64,000 nt of DNA from a virus (taxonomy: Duplodnaviria; Caudoviricetes), in IMG/VR virus record IMGVR_UViG_3300028797_006177, positions 39,961 to 103,960 of that record. One strand, 5' to 3'. The notes beneath the pieces were generated by a model that was not told the DNA's origin, did no database searches, and saw nothing but the letters and a program-made list of their open reading frames with translations. The position numbers and the translations under genes were made by a program. Below, in pieces: positions 18,667 to 28,686 of the stretch (position 1 is the first letter of the stretch; each line of letters starts with the position of its first letter).

Positions 18667-21600
18667 ATGGCAAAGAAGAAAGAAGTCATCATCACCTGTA
18701 ACGCCACCAACGTCAAGGCTGTCATCGAAGGTCTTGAACGTGGTATGGCCGCCCTCGCCAAAGAGGAGGAGAAGCTGCTGAAAACCATCAAGAAGCGCGG
18801 CTATGCAGAGGACGACGAGAAGAAGCGCCTGAAAGAACTGGAAAAGGCGATGGACGCTATGCGCACCAACGTGCAGAAGAACCGCGACGAGCAAAAGAAA
18901 CTTGCCGAGGTGATGAAAGACCTCGCAGGCTCCAAGCTGAAAGACCTCAAAAAGGCTCTACAAGAAGGCAAGGCTGCACTCAACAACATGTCGGAGCGCG
19001 ACCCCAAGCGCAAGCAGCTGGTTGATGACTTGCAGCGCATACAGAGGCAGATTGATAAGAATACAGGCGCAACAAACAAACTGAATACCGCGAACAAGGG
19101 ACTTTCTGCAACTCTTGCTACCACTGCCAAGAACCTTGCCACCTATATGATTGGCTTTGCTGGATTCAATAAGGTGAAGAGCCTGATTGAAGATGTATTC
19201 AAGGCAAACATCAAACTATCCGACAGCCTTGCCAATATCCGCAAAGTTTCAGGATTGAGCGGCGAGGCCATTAACCAGCTTTACCGCAACCTCTCGCAGA
19301 TTGACACCCGCAACACCATTGAGATGCTGAACCAGTTGGCCTATACAGGTGCGAAGCTCGGCATAGGTCAGAATTATGGCGTGGAAGGCTTGACCGGCTT
19401 CGTGAAAGCCGCAGAGCAGGTGCAGATGGCTCTTGGCGAGGATATGGGCGAAAAGGCATTGCCCGAACTTTCCAAGATGGTGGAGGTAATGGGCTTGATA
19501 CCGAAGTACGGCGTTGAGCAGGCTATGCAGAAAGCCGCCTCTGCTATCTTCCAACTTGGAGCGACATCTACGGCAACAGGCAGCAACATCGTGGAATTTT
19601 CCAAGCGACTGATGGGTCTTGCCAATGTGAGCCGTATCAGCACACAGGATTTGTTGGCTCTCGGTTCTGCATCGGATGCTATGGGACTGATGCCAGAAGT
19701 CAGCGCAACGGCATTTAACAAGCTCTTCACAAGCATTCAGCGCCAGCATAACCTTATTGAAGATTCGCTCGGACTGACCAAAGGCACTATCAAGAGCCTT
19801 TATGACGAAGGAAAGACGATGGATGCCATTGTGATGATATTCGAGAAGATGAACGAGAAGGGCAACTTGAACCTGCTCGGCTCTATCTTCAAGGATTTGG
19901 GAAGCGACGGAGCGCGTCTTGTCAATGTCATGGCGACAATGGCAGATCGTGCCGACATCCTGCGCAAGCACCTTGAAACCTCACGCAATGCTTTCAAGGA
20001 GGGCGAGGCTGTCATTGGTGAGTATATGATACAAAACCAAACTGCCGCCGCTTTGGTAGAACGTGCTTCTAACCTATGGGCAAAGGCATTCACCAATCCC
20101 GAAGGTGTGGATATGGTCAAGGAGATGGCACAGGCTTGGTATGACCTCAGTAAGCAGATGACGCAGAGCGAGGCACTGATGGGTTCTTTGCATACGTCAA
20201 TCAATGCGATTGCGTCGGCTATCGGTGCGCTCATCAAATTGTTCCCTGTGCTCATACGCTTTGCAATGATATTTGGCACCACTCTTGGCTTTAAGGGACT
20301 GATTGCAGGCATTGGCGGCATGATTACGGCTTTCCGTACCTTATATAAGGATATAGTGATGGCAACTGGCGCAATGGGTGCGTTCAATGTCGTAATGAAG
20401 TCAAATGCGGTTCTATTTGCCGTATCAGCCCTTATAACGGCCATTACACTTGTCAATGATTACAGCAAGGCAGCGGAGGAAGCAGCCAAGCGTGAACAGG
20501 AGCGCCAGGCAAAGCTCAAAGCCGCATTTGATAACTCCAAAGAATCAATAGAAAAAGTTGTCAGGCCGTTGCAAACCTACAAAAAGGCTCTCGAAGATGC
20601 CACCTTGTCAGAGAAACAACGTGCAGAAATGCTCAAACAATTCAGGACTGACTATCAAGAATACCTTGACTACCTCGGCGTTGAAATAAACTCTGTAGCA
20701 GAACTTGCAAAAGTTTATGCCAAGGTGGTTGACATAATGAAAATCAAGAAAGCCTACGAGGAGCGCGAGGAATACCGCACACAGCAGAACGGCGAAAACC
20801 GTATGTCGCGTATCGAGAACCAGGCAAAGGTAGAAGCCGCTGCACGTTCATTCGGAATTGAAGGGATTGACAAGAAATACCTCGAAGAAACTCAAAACAT
20901 AAGGAAAGACGGTGTTCTTTATTCAAAAGGTACTGCTGAGATTTATCGGGAGCTTCTTGAACAGAAAATGGGCGTTAGCGGTGGTCGTCTTGTTGGGTCG
21001 AACCTTTCTTTCAAGTATGTTAATGGTGAGTTGGTTGATAGCAGCAAGGTTGTTGGACCGGGCAATGGTGTTAGATGGAAGAGTATCGGTAGCAAGGAAC
21101 TATACGAGGCTATTGATAACTATATCGCAGCATATCGAGCCGAGCGAAGCACGAATAAGGATATAGACAAGAAGTTCGACACCGAGTATTCGTGGATCGA
21201 CAAGAACGGCAAGAAGCGCAAGCTGTCGGAGTTCAACATCGACGAATACAACGAAACCGTACAACTTGCCAAGTGGAAACGTCAAGGTACTCTCGAAAAC
21301 GAAGCCCCAGATAAGGATGCAATGAAGGCACTCAAAAAAGCGCAGCAGGAAGAAAAGAAGCGCTTTCAGGACGAAATGGAGCAGGCAGAAAAGGACTCCA
21401 CCGCTGTCATCAATGCTATTGAGGAGTTCTATCGCTTGCAGGAATCAGCATTGGAGCAGTTGGTGGCCGACGGCAAGATGACACGCGAGGAAGCCGACAA
21501 GATGATTAGCTATGTCCGAAACCGCAAGGACGAAATGCTGATGAATGCTCGCCGTGCCATTGCTGGCAAGGACAGCGACTTTGAGAAACTGCGCAAGACA

Positions 21601-23673
21601 ATGGATAGTGACTTGTTGCGTCCTAATGATGTCAACTCACAGCGGGCATTGAACACTGTGCAGACCATCGACGTGCAGGAAGCCGCAAAGAAGTTGCAAC
21701 GCTTCGACGGCTCGAAGAAAGTCTATGACTTGAATGCTGGTTCGTTTACACAAGCCATGTTGAAGAATGCCGCCCAGAACGAGTTGAACATCCAGCGCAG
21801 GCAGGCCGCTATGCAGCAGGAGATTGACAAGATTCTCTTGCAGTATGAGTTTGTGGAGCAGGCACAGCGCACGTTTGGCGACAAGCTGGTGAAGCTGGGA
21901 CTTGTCACGGACGGCTACGACAAGGTGGTGCAGCAGTTGGCAGACGGTACGGAAATCGTCGCCAACACCAAGGACGTACAGAGCCTTGCCGAGAAGGTGG
22001 TGAAGATGGACACGAAGAAGTTCTATGGCGTGGACGAGAAGGATGCGCTCGAACTTCGCAATATGATTGATGACTTGATGCACACCGTAGATAAGGACGG
22101 CAAGAAAATCCGCGAGTCGTTTGCCTCGATGTTCCCCAATCTGGACGAATGGCTGGAGAAGCCGGAGCAGTACAAGGAGCAGATGCAGGCTTTCTACAAG
22201 GCGATGATTGACATGGACCGCGACTACTACGCTGCGCTAAAGAAGAACTACGAGAAGGAAAAGCGCGAGTTCTCGGAGCGTTGGCAGGCTATGGGATGGG
22301 AGTCGCAGGAAAAGAAGGAAAACACCGCCTTAGAAACGCAGGAGAACCTTCGCAAGGCGACGGGTCAGGGCGAGAACTTCGGTCAGACGTATGGCTTTGC
22401 CGATACCATTGCCGATGACCCCGAAATAGCCCGCATCAAGAACCGCATGGAGTGGCGAGCCAAGGAGCTGGAAGACCTGCGTGCCCGCAATGCCAGCGAG
22501 GAACTCATCATGGAGAAGCAGAACGAGATGCTGAAAGAAGCCGCTGCCCTTGCCGAAAAGGTGAGCGCAGAGGTGGCAGAGCGCATCACAAAGATTCAGA
22601 CGTTGAGCGAGCCATTGAGTTCATTCGGAGAGGAAGTCGGCACCATGCTCGGCGAACAATGGCAGGGCATCAGCCGCGAAGGTAAGCTCACTTTCGGTCA
22701 GATGGCAAAGAACATGGGCATTGAATACGCCAAGCTGACCTTGAAGATGGCAAGCGAGAACCTGATGAAGAAGGTGCAGCAGGCACTCTTCTACAAGCAA
22801 ATGGAGATGCAGGAAATGCAGCACCAGGTGCAGATGACGAATATAGAGGTGCAGGGCGGTACGGCTCGCGTAGCTGCGCAGTCAAGCATCGGCGCAATGG
22901 GCTTGGGTGTTCAAGCCGCACAGAATGCAACCGAAGTGGCTGCAGAGGGTGGCAAGGCAACCATTATGACGATGTTCGGTATCAGTGAGGGTGCAGCCAA
23001 GACCATTGCAAAGCTCGGTTTCTGGGGTATTCCTCTGATTGCCGTCATTACATCGGTGCTCATGGCTTTGCTCAATAGCGCAAAATCCACCGCTTCGCAG
23101 GAAACCGCATCGGCTACAGATACCTCCTCCGCCTCCAACACCAAGACCAAGCTCGTCAGTGGTATGCTGACCTACGACAAGGGCAACGTGCAGCGCTTCA
23201 TCGGGCAGGACGGCAAGGTATATACCGCCACGGAGGAAGCACAGCCGAAGGACGGCCTTGTGACGCACCCCATCGCCACCACCGTTCAAGGACAGCCCGC
23301 TCTCGTTGCCGAGAACGGTCCCGAAATCGTGGTAGGCCGCGAAACCACAAAAGCCATAATGATGAACGAGCCGGAACTTATCCGCTACCTTGCCACCTAT
23401 CAGCAGCACGGCGGCGCTGGCTATCGTACATACGACAGCGGCAATACGTCGGAGATTACTCCTGACGATATGACGTCATCACGCAATAACGACATATTGG
23501 GCGGTACCACACTTAATGCTTTGGCACAGGTTGTCGCAGAACTCTCTTTCACCGTGCAGGAGCTGCAGAAGAATGGCGTACCGGCCTACATAAACAAGTA
23601 TGGCGCTGGCGGACTCATCGACGAAGTAAAATCTGGCTTAAAGTTTGATGCCAAGTATAACGTACAGCATTAG
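18667..23673 (+). CDS. Tail tape measure protein
   Basis: 1668 aa, helical and Ala-rich; TP901-like core 'LANIRKVSGL...IDTRNTIEML'; hydrophobic segments; C-terminal 'LVAENGPEIV'. Confidence 0.92.
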   Translation: MAKKKEVIITCNATNVKAVIEGLERGMAALAKEEEKLLKTIKKRGYAEDDEKKRLKELEKAMDAMRTNVQKNRDEQKKLAEVMKDLAGSKLKDLKKALQEGKAALNNMSERDPKRKQLVDDLQRIQRQIDKNTGATNKLNTANKGLSATLATTAKNLATYMIGFAGFNKVKSLIEDVFKANIKLSDSLANIRKVSGLSGEAINQLYRNLSQIDTRNTIEMLNQLAYTGAKLGIGQNYGVEGLTGFVKAAEQVQMALGEDMGEKALPELSKMVEVMGLIPKYGVEQAMQKAASAIFQLGATSTATGSNIVEFSKRLMGLANVSRISTQDLLALGSASDAMGLMPEVSATAFNKLFTSIQRQHNLIEDSLGLTKGTIKSLYDEGKTMDAIVMIFEKMNEKGNLNLLGSIFKDLGSDGARLVNVMATMADRADILRKHLETSRNAFKEGEAVIGEYMIQNQTAAALVERASNLWAKAFTNPEGVDMVKEMAQAWYDLSKQMTQSEALMGSLHTSINAIASAIGALIKLFPVLIRFAMIFGTTLGFKGLIAGIGGMITAFRTLYKDIVMATGAMGAFNVVMKSNAVLFAVSALITAITLVNDYSKAAEEAAKREQERQAKLKAAFDNSKESIEKVVRPLQTYKKALEDATLSEKQRAEMLKQFRTDYQEYLDYLGVEINSVAELAKVYAKVVDIMKIKKAYEEREEYRTQQNGENRMSRIENQAKVEAAARSFGIEGIDKKYLEETQNIRKDGVLYSKGTAEIYRELLEQKMGVSGGRLVGSNLSFKYVNGELVDSSKVVGPGNGVRWKSIGSKELYEAIDNYIAAYRAERSTNKDIDKKFDTEYSWIDKNGKKRKLSEFNIDEYNETVQLAKWKRQGTLENEAPDKDAMKALKKAQQEEKKRFQDEMEQAEKDSTAVINAIEEFYRLQESALEQLVADGKMTREEADKMISYVRNRKDEMLMNARRAIAGKDSDFEKLRKTMDSDLLRPNDVNSQRALNTVQTIDVQEAAKKLQRFDGSKKVYDLNAGSFTQAMLKNAAQNELNIQRRQAAMQQEIDKILLQYEFVEQAQRTFGDKLVKLGLVTDGYDKVVQQLADGTEIVANTKDVQSLAEKVVKMDTKKFYGVDEKDALELRNMIDDLMHTVDKDGKKIRESFASMFPNLDEWLEKPEQYKEQMQAFYKAMIDMDRDYYAALKKNYEKEKREFSERWQAMGWESQEKKENTALETQENLRKATGQGENFGQTYGFADTIADDPEIARIKNRMEWRAKELEDLRARNASEELIMEKQNEMLKEAAALAEKVSAEVAERITKIQTLSEPLSSFGEEVGTMLGEQWQGISREGKLTFGQMAKNMGIEYAKLTLKMASENLMKKVQQALFYKQMEMQEMQHQVQMTNIEVQGGTARVAAQSSIGAMGLGVQAAQNATEVAAEGGKATIMTMFGISEGAAKTIAKLGFWGIPLIAVITSVLMALLNSAKSTASQETASATDTSSASNTKTKLVSGMLTYDKGNVQRFIGQDGKVYTATEEAQPKDGLVTHPIATTVQGQPALVAENGPEIVVGRETTKAIMMNEPELIRYLATYQQHGGAGYRTYDSGNTSEITPDDMTSSRNNDILGGTTLNALAQVVAELSFTVQELQKNGVPAYINKYGAGGLIDEVKSGLKFDAKYNVQH

Positions 23674-23702
23674 ACACCTGTTTTTAACATAAAATTAACG
23701 CA

Positions 23703-23740
23703 TAGCGGCTTTCAATAATTGAAATGAAAGCCGCTATTTT
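23703..23740 (+). terminator. Intrinsic terminator after the tape measure gene
   Basis: TAGCGGCTTTCA...TGAAAGCCGCTA followed by a T-run. Confidence 0.75.
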
Positions 23741-23984
23741 TGTGCGTATAGTGTCTAAAACCAGCCCTTTTATGTCGTTATTACAATATTACGATATAAC
23801 GTAATTGCTTGTTTACAAAAGTGTTGAAATGCCTTTTTCAGTGTTGAAAAGTGTGCTTCGGTTGGTATTGGATAGAATCGAAGCTTCTTTGTCTGGATAT
23901 ACATAATTTTGTCTTCGGAAGCCGTTAATTCTTGCGGCTCTACCAACAAAACCCAATTTATTCACAACAAAAAACTTCAACACT

Positions 23985-24539
23985 ATGGCATTAGAGATGC
24001 AAGACCTCATGGCCTTAAAGTCTATGGGAAACGAAGGCGGCATGACGCCTTACGAACAGTTCAAGACGCAGCACATCCAGGCGAAGTCGCACACCAGCGG
24101 CATTGGCGTGGCTGGACTCGTGCTCGGCACAGTCGGCACCGCTATCGGCGTAGGCGCGTGGATCTTCGGTCCTATGTATGGCAACGCCAAGGCTAATCAA
24201 GCCAAGGAGGTGGCCGTGGCCGCCAAGGAGATTGCTGCGCTCCAGAACACAGCTACACAGCGTCAGCTCGACCAGTTGACCAACCTCTTCGCCGCAGAGC
24301 GTGCAGAGCGCATCGCTGGCGACGTCACACTCACCAACACGGTGAACGACAGCGTTCAGGGCAGTCAGCAAGGCACCCTCACAGCCCAGCAAGCTGCCGA
24401 GCTTAGCGCAGTGAACAGCGTGATGACGAAGACCTACGAGGACTTCGTGACTGGTCGCGCCAGCCTGAACCCAACTCCCGTGAGCATCTACAGCGCTCCC
24501 CAGCCCTGTAACTGTCCAGGTTGCGGCTGCAACGGCTAA
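23985..24539 (+). CDS. Accessory protein with N-terminal hydrophobic helix, coiled coil and Cys-rich tail
   Basis: 'GIGVAGLVLGTVGTAIGVGAW'; ends 'PCNCPGCGCNG'. Confidence 0.8.
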   Translation: MALEMQDLMALKSMGNEGGMTPYEQFKTQHIQAKSHTSGIGVAGLVLGTVGTAIGVGAWIFGPMYGNAKANQAKEVAVAAKEIAALQNTATQRQLDQLTNLFAAERAERIAGDVTLTNTVNDSVQGSQQGTLTAQQAAELSAVNSVMTKTYEDFVTGRASLNPTPVSIYSAPQPCNCPGCGCNG

Positions 24540-24620
24540 ACGGCCATTCGGCTAAACGGGATTAGGGGAAACTTTCCCAAGATTTCCCCTAATTTCCATT
24601 TTTAACTAATTCACGGCAAT

Positions 24621-24983
24621 ATGTTCAACTATGGAAAGAAAAAACGACGTATGCAGATGGTACAGCAAGGGATAAGAGCAACAAGCAAGAGCAGCCTGAA
24701 ACTTCAATGCCTCTTTTGCGCAAAAGGTGACTTGAAGGAGGCAAAGGAACTCTACGACTTCTTTGCCGGCGATATGCCCGATTTGCCAGACCATGACCCC
24801 GTGCCACCTACATGGCAGCAAAGCACGGCACAGACCGTGAACGGTATTATGGGCTGGCTAAAAGAGAATCAAGGGACACTGGCACAGGCTTACGACTTCA
24901 TCCAAGGCATCGTCAAGAAACGCGGAGCCAGTGAGTCAACCGCTCCGGCAGTCGAAACTCAATTACCACCAATCAATCAATAA
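24621..24983 (+). CDS. Hypothetical protein
   Basis: 120 aa, operon context. Confidence 0.7.
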   Translation: MFNYGKKKRRMQMVQQGIRATSKSSLKLQCLFCAKGDLKEAKELYDFFAGDMPDLPDHDPVPPTWQQSTAQTVNGIMGWLKENQGTLAQAYDFIQGIVKKRGASESTAPAVETQLPPINQ

Positions 24984-24998
24984 TAATTCACGGCAAAC

Positions 24999-25217
24999 AT
25001 GGACGGAAAGAGAGAAATTAAGGTATTCCCTGTCAGTTTCGAGGTGTATGGCTACGACGAACAGGAGGTTGAAGAACTGCGCAAGGCGATTGTCGGCTTT
25101 ATCGACTTCCACGCCAAGCAAAACCGACCAGTCCTGGCAGGCAAAGCGGCAAAAGCAATCTCTGGATGGGACAGCAACCCATTCGTAAGGAACAAAATTA
25201 TCGACTACTTCAAATAA
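24999..25217 (+). CDS. Hypothetical protein
   Basis: 72 aa, operon context. Confidence 0.7.
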   Translation: MDGKREIKVFPVSFEVYGYDEQEVEELRKAIVGFIDFHAKQNRPVLAGKAAKAISGWDSNPFVRNKIIDYFK

Positions 25218-25226
25218 AACGATATT

Positions 25227-25517
25227 ATGGCACAAGAAAACAATAATAAACAGCAATTCCAATGCTCTGGCAACTGCCTGAACTGCCAACCGGCACAGCG
25301 GCAGTATTGCGCCAGCCAACATTCCTTCTCAAACATGAAAGTCCTCGACAATATGATGGAGCTGCTGAAGAAGATGCAGGCCGACATGCTGGTGATGCAA
25401 GGCTCCATAACAGAGATGGCGGCAAAGGTGGAAGCAATTCAGAACAACGAAGCCAGCGTCTTCTCCCCAAACGGAGAGGGAGAACTTTTCCCAAAAGAGT
25501 TCAGAAAAGAAGAATAG
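25227..25517 (+). CDS. Small Cys-motif coiled-coil protein
   Basis: CxxxCxxCx7C at the N-terminus. Confidence 0.7.
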   Translation: MAQENNNKQQFQCSGNCLNCQPAQRQYCASQHSFSNMKVLDNMMELLKKMQADMLVMQGSITEMAAKVEAIQNNEASVFSPNGEGELFPKEFRKEE

Positions 25518-25588
25518 ACAGACGCACAGGAGGAGGACGGTGCAGAGAATAGGTCCTCGTATAAATAAACCAAATAAATTCAATAACT

Positions 25589-26044
25589 ATGGCTTGTAAT
25601 CAGAATGGAAAGACTTTCTACAACAGTCTTACTCCGTACCCTGGAGGCACAGCCGCCTCTACAACCTATCTGATGGATTGCACGCACTATACTTGCGGCA
25701 ACCGCCAGATGTGTGTCAATGCCGACGGATTCCCCTTGGCAAGTAACTTCGACATTCAGGTGATTGGCGTACCTCGTCCAGTGGGCGACCAGTATTGCTG
25801 CGACATCCGCTGCATCTGCGACCTTACCTACCAGCAGGTGTATCGTTGCGGCAATGGCTGTCCTAACAGCTGCCTGCAGACGGAAAAGGTCATCGTGACG
25901 AAGTGCATCCCATGTCCGTCTGCCGATGTGCCAACCGTGACAGCACTCGGCGTGAGCGCATCGCCTGTTGGAGCCTCCTGCGGCTGTCCCAGCACAAACG
26001 TCGCAGAAGTGGAGTTCGCCTTCACTGTTGCCACTGGAGCATAA
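25589..26044 (+). CDS. Cys-rich beta protein
   Basis: 15 Cys in 151 aa. Confidence 0.75.
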   Translation: MACNQNGKTFYNSLTPYPGGTAASTTYLMDCTHYTCGNRQMCVNADGFPLASNFDIQVIGVPRPVGDQYCCDIRCICDLTYQQVYRCGNGCPNSCLQTEKVIVTKCIPCPSADVPTVTALGVSASPVGASCGCPSTNVAEVEFAFTVATGA

Positions 26045-26047
26045 GGT

Positions 26048-26365
26048 ATGGACTGGCGGGATATTGCAGCGATTGTGTTTGTCTGCACGGCCATCAACCA
26101 CCTTGGACTGATACCCACCATCGAGCGCATAATCAAGCGCAAGTTGTGGATCATCGACTGCCCGAAGTGCCTTACCTGCTGGAGCGTGTTGGCATACCAA
26201 CTGGTAATAGGCTGTAACCCTTTGCTATCGCTTGCAATATCCCTCCTGTGCTCTTTCCTTGCCATGTGGCTCGAATTGTTTATGTACGCTATCGACACTT
26301 TATATAATAGAATATATGGCAAAATCGAAGACTACAACCAAGAAGACGGAACAGAATCCGACTGA
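26048..26365 (+). CDS. Small membrane protein with CxxC
   Basis: Hydrophobic helices flanking 'DCPKCLTCW'. Confidence 0.7.
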   Translation: MDWRDIAAIVFVCTAINHLGLIPTIERIIKRKLWIIDCPKCLTCWSVLAYQLVIGCNPLLSLAISLLCSFLAMWLELFMYAIDTLYNRIYGKIEDYNQEDGTESD

Positions 26366-26483
26366 GCAGCCCGTCGAGTCCGTTGCTGTACCACAGCCAC
26401 AAACGAAGCGCAGGATTGCCGTCCGCCGCGTACCCGTTCAATATACGCCACGCATTCCAACGGCTCGCTGCCCGTGGTGTTAA
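26316..26483 (+). CDS. Small basic protein ending in CPWC
   Basis: 55 aa from ATG 26316, overlapping the previous gene. Confidence 0.5.
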   Translation: MAKSKTTTKKTEQNPTEQPVESVAVPQPQTKRRIAVRRVPVQYTPRIPTARCPWC

Positions 26484-26590
26484 GTAAGAAATAAGAAATA
26501 AAAAATCGCCGTTTCCCGCTTATATCTGCAGAAATCCTGCAAATAAGCATGTTTGAACAGGCTTAAAATCTAATTAAAACAGAAAATAAA

Positions 26591-27097
26591 ATGAACGCAC
26601 AAGAACTGAAAGAGCAATACAATATGCTCTACAACATGATGGCTGCTTCAGCCGAGCCAAAAAACATGGAAGTGTTCGGTCATGTGATGACAGAAATGAT
26701 GGATGCGATGCTGGCAAAGATGCCCGCAGAAGCAGAGGAGATGATTCAGAAGCTGGAAAGCATCCGTTGGCATCAGTATCTCACACCAAAGGAGGCAGAG
26801 GCTATCGTCTCTAAGATGAAGCCCGAAGCACCTTGGAAGCGCGACGTGTGGAACAATGCCATGCAGTCGCTCGGCATCCCAACCGAGGAAGCGCCGTACT
26901 ACAACAGCTGCGCACTCTGGACGGAGATGAACAAGCAGTACAGCGACCACGCTCAGACCATCGCCGACAAAATCCTGAAAAAGCCGCTTTCCGAGATTCC
27001 CGCAGAGCAAATCGTGCCCGGCATTCATGCAATGGCGCTCGACGTGCTGAAGGACAAGGACGGCGTGTATGACATCCGTTCATACTTCGGCTTATAG
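26591..27097 (+). CDS. Hypothetical helical phage protein
   Basis: 168 aa, 'YLTPKEAEAIVSKM...LWTEMNKQYSDH...LKDKDG'. Confidence 0.75.
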   Translation: MNAQELKEQYNMLYNMMAASAEPKNMEVFGHVMTEMMDAMLAKMPAEAEEMIQKLESIRWHQYLTPKEAEAIVSKMKPEAPWKRDVWNNAMQSLGIPTEEAPYYNSCALWTEMNKQYSDHAQTIADKILKKPLSEIPAEQIVPGIHAMALDVLKDKDGVYDIRSYFGL

Positions 27098-27130
27098 CCT
27101 GTGCTGTGCGGTTTTCCGCGAGGAATCCAC

Positions 27131-27415
27131 ATGAACAACGCTGCCATTGACGCGCTTGTGCGCCGCAAGATGCTGGAGGACATCTACAAGAAGATGTCCG
27201 AAGAGGAAAAGCGGCTCTTTGCCATGCTTTCCCTGCAAAACAGGAACTACGACGAAATTCTACGGGCCATTCAGCAGAACCAGCAGCACCTGCAGCATCT
27301 TGTCCAGCACGCCGACCGCGACCAGTGGTATAAGGCTTTCGGCTCGGATGTCGCTGCCAATGTCCTCACGCAGACGACATTCTGGCTACTCGGCAGGCTC
27401 TTTTCAAAGCGATAG
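27131..27415 (+). CDS. Hypothetical protein
   Basis: 94 aa from ATG 27131; hairpin plus T-run follows at about 27466-27502. Confidence 0.6.
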   Translation: MNNAAIDALVRRKMLEDIYKKMSEEEKRLFAMLSLQNRNYDEILRAIQQNQQHLQHLVQHADRDQWYKAFGSDVAANVLTQTTFWLLGRLFSKR

Positions 27416-27559
27416 TCTGCCTCTAAAAAAACGATAAACCGTTCGTTCATATCGCCGTGAACGTCGGCGGGTGTCGGGCAAAAGTCCGTCGCCCGCCATT
27501 TTCATGTCCGTTGGTATTTTAGTTTTTCGCTACCTTTGCAAAAACAAAAAGAAATAACA

Positions 27560-27895
27560 ATGAACGAAGTTTTTAACGCCCTCTTACCCTACATCCTGAC
27601 AGCCATTATTCCGGCAGTAGGATTATACATAGGCTATATTCACCAGTTACGAACAAAAATGGCTGTCGTCGAGAAAACGCTCGAAACGCTGCAACGCAAT
27701 CAGGACAACATGCAGCGGCGCATGGACAACCACTCAAAAAAGCAAGATGAAATACTCGCTGCCATTTCTGCGCTGAGAGTGGAAGTTGTCAAGCAGCTGT
27801 CCGAAACAGAGAAGCACATCAACACCATTACCACCGAGCAGGCTGTCATTGCCGCAGAGGTAAAGAATATCAACCAAGTTTTGTCGAAAGAATGA
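27560..27895 (+). CDS. Single-TM coiled-coil protein (holin/antiholin-like)
   Basis: N-terminal TM 'LLPYILTAIIPAVGLYIGYI'; promoter TACCTTTG at 27531. Confidence 0.55.
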   Translation: MNEVFNALLPYILTAIIPAVGLYIGYIHQLRTKMAVVEKTLETLQRNQDNMQRRMDNHSKKQDEILAAISALRVEVVKQLSETEKHINTITTEQAVIAAEVKNINQVLSKE

Positions 27896-28152
27896 AACTG
27901 CTGGAAACACTAAAAAGCCGGTGGCGCAACGCCATGCCGCGCTTCTTCCGCATTATCTGCTGGTGCTGCACACTCATCAGCGGCACGGCTCTCGCGGTTA
28001 ATACGGCAATTACTGCGGGTGGCGGCGTGACACACGAATGGTGGAACGACATATATCCATATCTTCTCGGCATTCCCGCAGGCATGGCTTTCGTAGCCAA
28101 GTTCACACAAGGTTACGACAAAAACGGAAATCCAATCGAAAGGGACAATTAG
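27892..28152 (+). CDS. Putative holin
   Basis: 86 aa, two TM segments, basic N-terminus 'RWRNAMPRFFR'. Confidence 0.6.
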   Translation: MKLLETLKSRWRNAMPRFFRIICWCCTLISGTALAVNTAITAGGGVTHEWWNDIYPYLLGIPAGMAFVAKFTQGYDKNGNPIERDN

Positions 28153-28223
28153 TCATAAAAAGTTTTTGTTATGAGGTTAATAGTTTCCTGCGGAGCCGCT
28201 GTGACAGCGCCTCCGCTTTTGTT

Positions 28224-28454
28224 TTATTCAATCTCTTTCTCCATGTGCTTGATGATGTTATATACCTGCCTGTCGGTGTAGCTGTACCTCTGCGCCAGTG
28301 ACAGGATAACTACCTTCCGACTGCTTTCTGTCTGCTTCATCTTCAGATAGTCCCGATACAGGTCAGCATACTTGTAATCGTCAGGCCGAACACCCGCTTT
28401 TCGCAGTTTTCGCATCATTTCTTCACAATAAAGGATTAAATCTGCTCGCTTCAT
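28224..28454 (-). CDS. Small putative DNA-binding (HTH-like) protein
   Basis: 'LAQRYSYTDRQVYNIIKHM' helix-turn-helix-like C-terminus. Confidence 0.6.
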   Translation of the reverse strand: MKRADLILYCEEMMRKLRKAGVRPDDYKYADLYRDYLKMKQTESSRKVVILSLAQRYSYTDRQVYNIIKHMEKEIE

Positions 28455-28489
28455 ACTCTTTATATTGATTTTTTTTTCTAACTTTGCGG

Positions 28490-28620
28490 TCTCTACTTTA
28501 TTACACTAACAGAAAAAGCGCATCTACACACACAAGAATCCCATTCGTGGGTCTCGGTGAGGTGTAGATGCGCCGCGTAATAAAGTAGAGAGTATTGCGA
28601 GCCGAGACCCACCATTTTTT
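28490..28620 (+). ncRNA. Candidate structured ncRNA with pseudoknot
   Basis: TAACTTTG at 28479-28486; perfect stems 28491-28504/28577-28590, 28518-28529/28562-28573 and 28547-28557/28602-28612; U-run at the 3' end. Confidence 0.7.
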
Positions 28621-28686
28621 CTTTCGCAGGTCTCAGTATGTATTACCTAACAGGTATTTGGAATCCTTGTTATCGTTGCACTACTT

